DNA from: Thraustochytrium aureum
Taxonomy: Eukaryota
Direction: 5' to 3'
Assembly: GCA_012862495.1 (NCBI GenBank)
Contig: BLSG01000450.1
Location: 58,780-78,690 of the forward strand
Length of the DNA: 19,911 nt
Both the position numbers and the translations under genes were made by a program. Below are positions 16,060-19,911 of the stretch, piece by piece (positions within the stretch are counted from its first letter, which is position 1; every line of letters starts with the position of its first letter). The notes under the pieces were generated by a model that saw only the letters and a list, made by a program, of their open reading frames with translations, had not been told where the DNA came from and did not search any database.

Positions 16060-18137
16060 TCAAGGGCGCCGCTCGGCCGCGAGGCGCCCGACGACGCTGC
16101 GTCCGCACCTGAGCACGCCCGAGGCGAGCAGCACCAGGCAGCCGACCGCGAGCGAGCCCGCTATCGCAGCGGTGAGAGCGCTGCGAACCCGTACGTCTCT
16201 AGATAGAGCTAGAGACAGACCCAGCCGAGCAGGGCGCTCCTGCTCGTCTGGCTGGTCCGCCAGGGCGCCGCTCTTTTGAACGACTCGCAGGTCTTTCACC
16301 ATCATGAAGCCCGATGCGGAGGAGAGCTCGTACCCAATACTACGGTAAAAACACCGCACTCCGACGCCAGATATGACTGCCACTTTTCCCCATCCCGCTT
16401 CGACGGCGCGCCGCTCTGCCTCAGCCATAAGCCTCTTGCCCAGCCCGACATGTTGCGCAGCCCCAAGGTTTCCTACCCGCGGCTCTACCTCGCTCTGAGG
16501 AAAGCTCGCCTTGGTCGGCACGAGTTGGCCGTAGACGTGCAGTTCGCGCACGAGCGCCGCGTCCGCTAGCTCGGGGAACGGAGACAGCGGGGTCGAGCCG
16601 GCAGCCCGCGACCCGGGAGGCTTGAGACGCAGGCGGAGGAACGCCAGCAGTGTGCGGCGGTCGGCGGACTCGAAGCTAAGGAAAACTTCAGTGCCGCCTT
16701 GCGCCTCGTAGGTTCGGGCCACGAGTTGAGGGTCAGAAGGCGGTCTGCCGAGGCCGACCTCGCGACAGCGGATGCACCTGCACTCGAGGCCGCGCTCTCG
16801 CATAGCCTCGTGCAAATCCTGGCGCAGGCTAGAGTTGCTAAGTCCACTCAAAATGTACTGCGAGGGGATATCGCGCACTACGCGGTTGAGCCGGATCCAA
16901 GGATGCACCCTCGCCTTGACGTCCATGATGAGCTCCGCAAGCGTGACCTCGTCGTACGGCTTGTACTGGCCGGACGCGGCCCACTTGCTGATCACGGTCC
17001 ACGGCGTGATCTGGCAGGGGTAGATCTTCCATTGGTCTGCCTGCAAGTCTGGGTTCATGAGAACCTCGTTAAACATGGCGGCGTCCATGTCCGGCGAAGC
17101 CCCGGGAAGGTTTGGCATGAGGTGGATGTCGACCTTGAAGCAGCTGTCCTTCAAAAGGCGCAGCGCGCGCTTCGTGTCGGCCGTGGTGCAACCGCGGTTC
17201 ACTGTCGCGAGAACCTCGTCCGAGGTATGCTGCACCCCCAGCTGAACGCGCGTGCACCCGAACCGCCGCAGGCGAATCAACTCGCTCTCGTCAATGCAGT
17301 CCGGCCTAGTCTCCAACGTGAGGCCGATCACTTTGCACTGCGCAGACTCGTTCAAGGCCTGCTCTTCTTCCAGAGACAAACGAGCCCGACGGTGTCTGCC
17401 CCGCGCGTGCGCAGTATTTGCTGCATAAAACAGGTCGCGGACAAACGCTTCCTGGTATGCGCCAGGGTAGGAGGCCCAGGTTCCGCCGAGGACGAGGAGC
17501 TCGACCTTGTCAAGTGGGTGTCCGTTCTGTGAAAGGACGCGGGCGCGGTCCAAGAACTGCAGCACTGGGTCGAACCCGTTCTGGTTGGCTCGGGCCACGG
17601 CAGGCTCGTCCCGCAGATAGGACCGCGGCTGCCCCGGCTGATTCGGACAGTAGTAACAGTTCCACTCGCAGCTAAAGCGTTGGCGAACGCCGTCCACCTC
17701 AGGGAACGGGCTCGTCAGCACAGTGACGACCAGAACACCCGAGCCCGACTTGCTGCCCCGAGTCACCAGGAGGTCCTCGAGGACGAGGCTGCGCTCGATG
17801 CGGGCTTCGTCCACCATGGCTCGGTACACGTGCAAGAGCACAGCCTTGCGCACCAGCAGCTTGCGTTCGCGGAGCACGGGCTTGACTATTCTCCCGTACA
17901 TCGCCATGGCGCCTTGCCCCTTGCCCGCCGAGGTCCTTGTCGACAGCGGCGACATCGCTAGCTCGTAGGGCGATCTCGCGCACGGTCGCTTCGAGCGCCT
18001 CCCACTGCGCGTCGTCCACCAGCGCTTCCCAGCGTCGGGCGACGTCCTCGACGTCCTTGTTCTCGTAGTGCAGCTCGCACTCGTCCACGCCGGCAGCGGG
18101 CTGCGTGCCGCGTTGCCAGCGCAATGTTGCCCGCCAT
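16060..18137 (-). CDS. ELP3: Elongator protein 3-like radical SAM + GNAT acetyltransferase (tRNA U34 carboxymethylation family) with C-terminal hydrophobic tail; start uncertain, frameshift ~17924
   Basis: SGVLVVTVLTSP; CEWNCYYC (17647-17670); QPRSYLRDEP; DKVELLVLGGT; IGLTLETRPD; GCTRVQLGVQH; HLMPNLPG; ADQWKIYP; PWIRLNRVVRDIP; CRCIRCREV; LRLR; VRELHVYG; QHVGLGKRLMAEAE; ISGVGVR.FY..IGY. The candidate ATG at 18137 needs one more frame correction near 18100, so the start may instead lie in the gap. Confidence 0.93.
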
Positions 18138-18162
18138 CGGTCGCCGCTGTTCGGGCTCTGCG

Positions 18163-18427
18163 NNNNNNNNNNNNNNNNNNNNNNNNNNNNNNNNNNNNNN
18201 NNNNNNNNNNNNNNNNNNNNNNNNNNNNNNNNNNNNNNNNNNNNNNNNNNNNNNNNNNNNNNNNNNNNNNNNNNNNNNNNNNNNNNNNNNNNNNNNNNNN
18301 NNNNNNNNNNNNNNNNNNNNNNNNNNNNNNNNNNNNNNNNNNNNNNNNNNNNNNNNNNNNNNNNNNNNNNNNNNNNNNNNNNNNNNNNNNNNNNNNNNNN
18401 NNNNNNNNNNNNNNNNNNNNNNNNNNN
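18163..18427. other. Assembly gap (265 N), probably covering the divergent promoter and the 5' end of the glycosyltransferase
   Basis: Run of N between two divergent genes. Confidence 0.95.
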
Positions 18428-19737
18428 AGCAGCGCCGGCGGCGAGCAGCCAGGTGTGAGCCGAAAGGGGCAGAGCCCCGCGCAGCGCAACCTGCACCTTC
18501 TCTACTCGGTCGGGTGCGGGGGCCACTCGAGCGCCGAGTACCAGCTGATCCAGGCGCTGGCGCTCGACCACTCGTGGGCCAAGCACAAGCAGCGCGGTCT
18601 CCTGACGCGCCTCGTCAGCGGCTGCATCGACGACGAGCAGAAGCAAGCCTTCGTCAGCCAGACCAGCCTCACGCGCAAAGAGGACCTTGACCGCTTCAAC
18701 GTCGTGTTCACGGAGGTGTCCGATCGACTTGAGGGCGGCCACGTGTACATGCAGTTCAACCGGCCAAACGCGCTCTTGCGGTTTTTCAACGAGGTTGGAG
18801 TGGACGACACTGCTGTCTACGTCGTGCTTGACCCCGACTTCATCTTCATGCGGGCCATCCCAGAACCCCTAATTGACAAAGTCAGCGCTGGGCGGCCAGT
18901 GGCCGCCTACTACTCGCTCGGGAGCCATTGGGTGCCTTGGGGGCTGCAGATTTGCAAGGACGTCTACAAGGCCGACCCCTCGAAATGCGACAAGATCTAC
19001 AAGCCAATCTCGCACGCGGTGAGCAGAGACAGCTTCGAGGGCGGGGCGCCTTACTTTATGACCCGGAAGGACTGGCTGCTCCTTTTGCCGGCCTGGATGC
19101 AAGTCATGCCAGCAACCTTTGGCTTCTACAACGGCATTGAGAGCGACATGTATGCTTACATGATCACGTCTGCCTACCTCGGGCTGGAGCACCACCTCTC
19201 AGGCGCGCTCATGAACACATGCATGCAGTCAGACTCCAGGCCAGTGTCCGAGCAAGACGTTTTCATTCACTACTGCCAACGGTACCACGTTCCCGAAACT
19301 CGGGCAGAGCCATTTCGAGTAACACTGCAGCAGAGTTCCTCTCCGAAACTCGCGCGGCTGCGATCGCCCCGATTACCAAGCACGTCTACACTTTCAGCAA
19401 GTACTGGATGCAAGCTCGGGGCCGGCAGCAATGGGTCTTGGAGTGCGATGCTCCGCTAATGATCGAGCCGCCCACTTTCGATTCCGCCATGCATGCGCGC
19501 ATCCAAGCGCTCAACCATCGCGAGGCTCAAAAGATCCTCAAGCACTACAAGGTCTTATGGGAGCTCGTCCCAGCCATCAACAGCGCACTCGCTGCTTTCA
19601 AGATCAAGGTATGCCCTCCTGCCACAGGGCGTGAGCCGAATCTGCAGAAGCGAATGATCCTGCACGAGGCTCACAGGCAAACAAAGCACAAGCTCAACTC
19701 GATTCTCTCTGAGGCGGACATTGAGAGAAGCGTGTAG
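18428..19737 (+). CDS. Peptidyl serine alpha-galactosyltransferase / hydroxyproline O-arabinosyltransferase-like glycosyltransferase (GT96/GT95-like); 5' end in gap, frameshift ~19309
   Basis: Motif order matches SERGT1/HPAT-like proteins: LHLLYSVGC..YQLIQALALDHS..GLLTRLVSGC, YMQFNRPNALLRF, DxD motif VVLDPDFIFMR, GRPVAAYY, GGAPYFM..DW..L.P.W, SDMYAY..SAYLGLEH, FIHYCQRY, then FSKY..LECDAPLMIEPP. Confidence 0.78.
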
Positions 19738-19911
19738 AGCGAGCAGCTCTTGCTGGTGGGTCAGTGTTGGCGCGGCAGCGGACGGCATTTGAATCATGCG
19801 CAACGGCGTCTCGGCAAAAGCAAGAGCGGGCGGGTTCTCTCTCTAGAGCTAGAGTCCCGTGACTCCCGTCGCCACCCTGTTGACTCTAAGCTACTCGCAC
19901 GTCACGGTGCC

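Noticed and set aside
16196..19852. Shared TAGAGCTAGAG motif near 16204 and 19845
   Set aside because: It is only 11 bp, one copy lies inside the ELP3 coding sequence, and there is no TIR, TSD or transposase evidence.

Overview
GC-rich, gene-dense, intron-poor eukaryotic nuclear DNA with five N-gaps. The gene types suggest a protist, probably a stramenopile and possibly a labyrinthulomycete; this is inference only. Five genes lie in alternating orientation. (1) RNA polymerase III largest subunit RPC1 (+, 313-5369). (2) A ~2,700-aa EML5/6-like protein with N-terminal EF-hands and three HELP/WD40 units (-, 13805-5783). (3) Tyrosyl-DNA phosphodiesterase TDP1 with N-terminal Cys4 zinc fingers, a VEDA repeat and a 57-nt intron (+, 14071-~15949). 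(4) A non-canonical ELP3 radical-SAM/GNAT protein with a predicted C-terminal tail anchor (-, ~18137-16060). (5) A SERGT1/HPAT-like glycosyltransferase (+, start in a gap, ending at 19737). All five reading frames are broken by about 14 single-base frameshifts, most likely assembly indel errors. I see no mobile element, CRISPR array, RNA gene or clearly novel multi-gene system. The best leads are the tail-anchored ELP3, the zinc-finger TDP1 and a large insertion in the RPC1 dock region.
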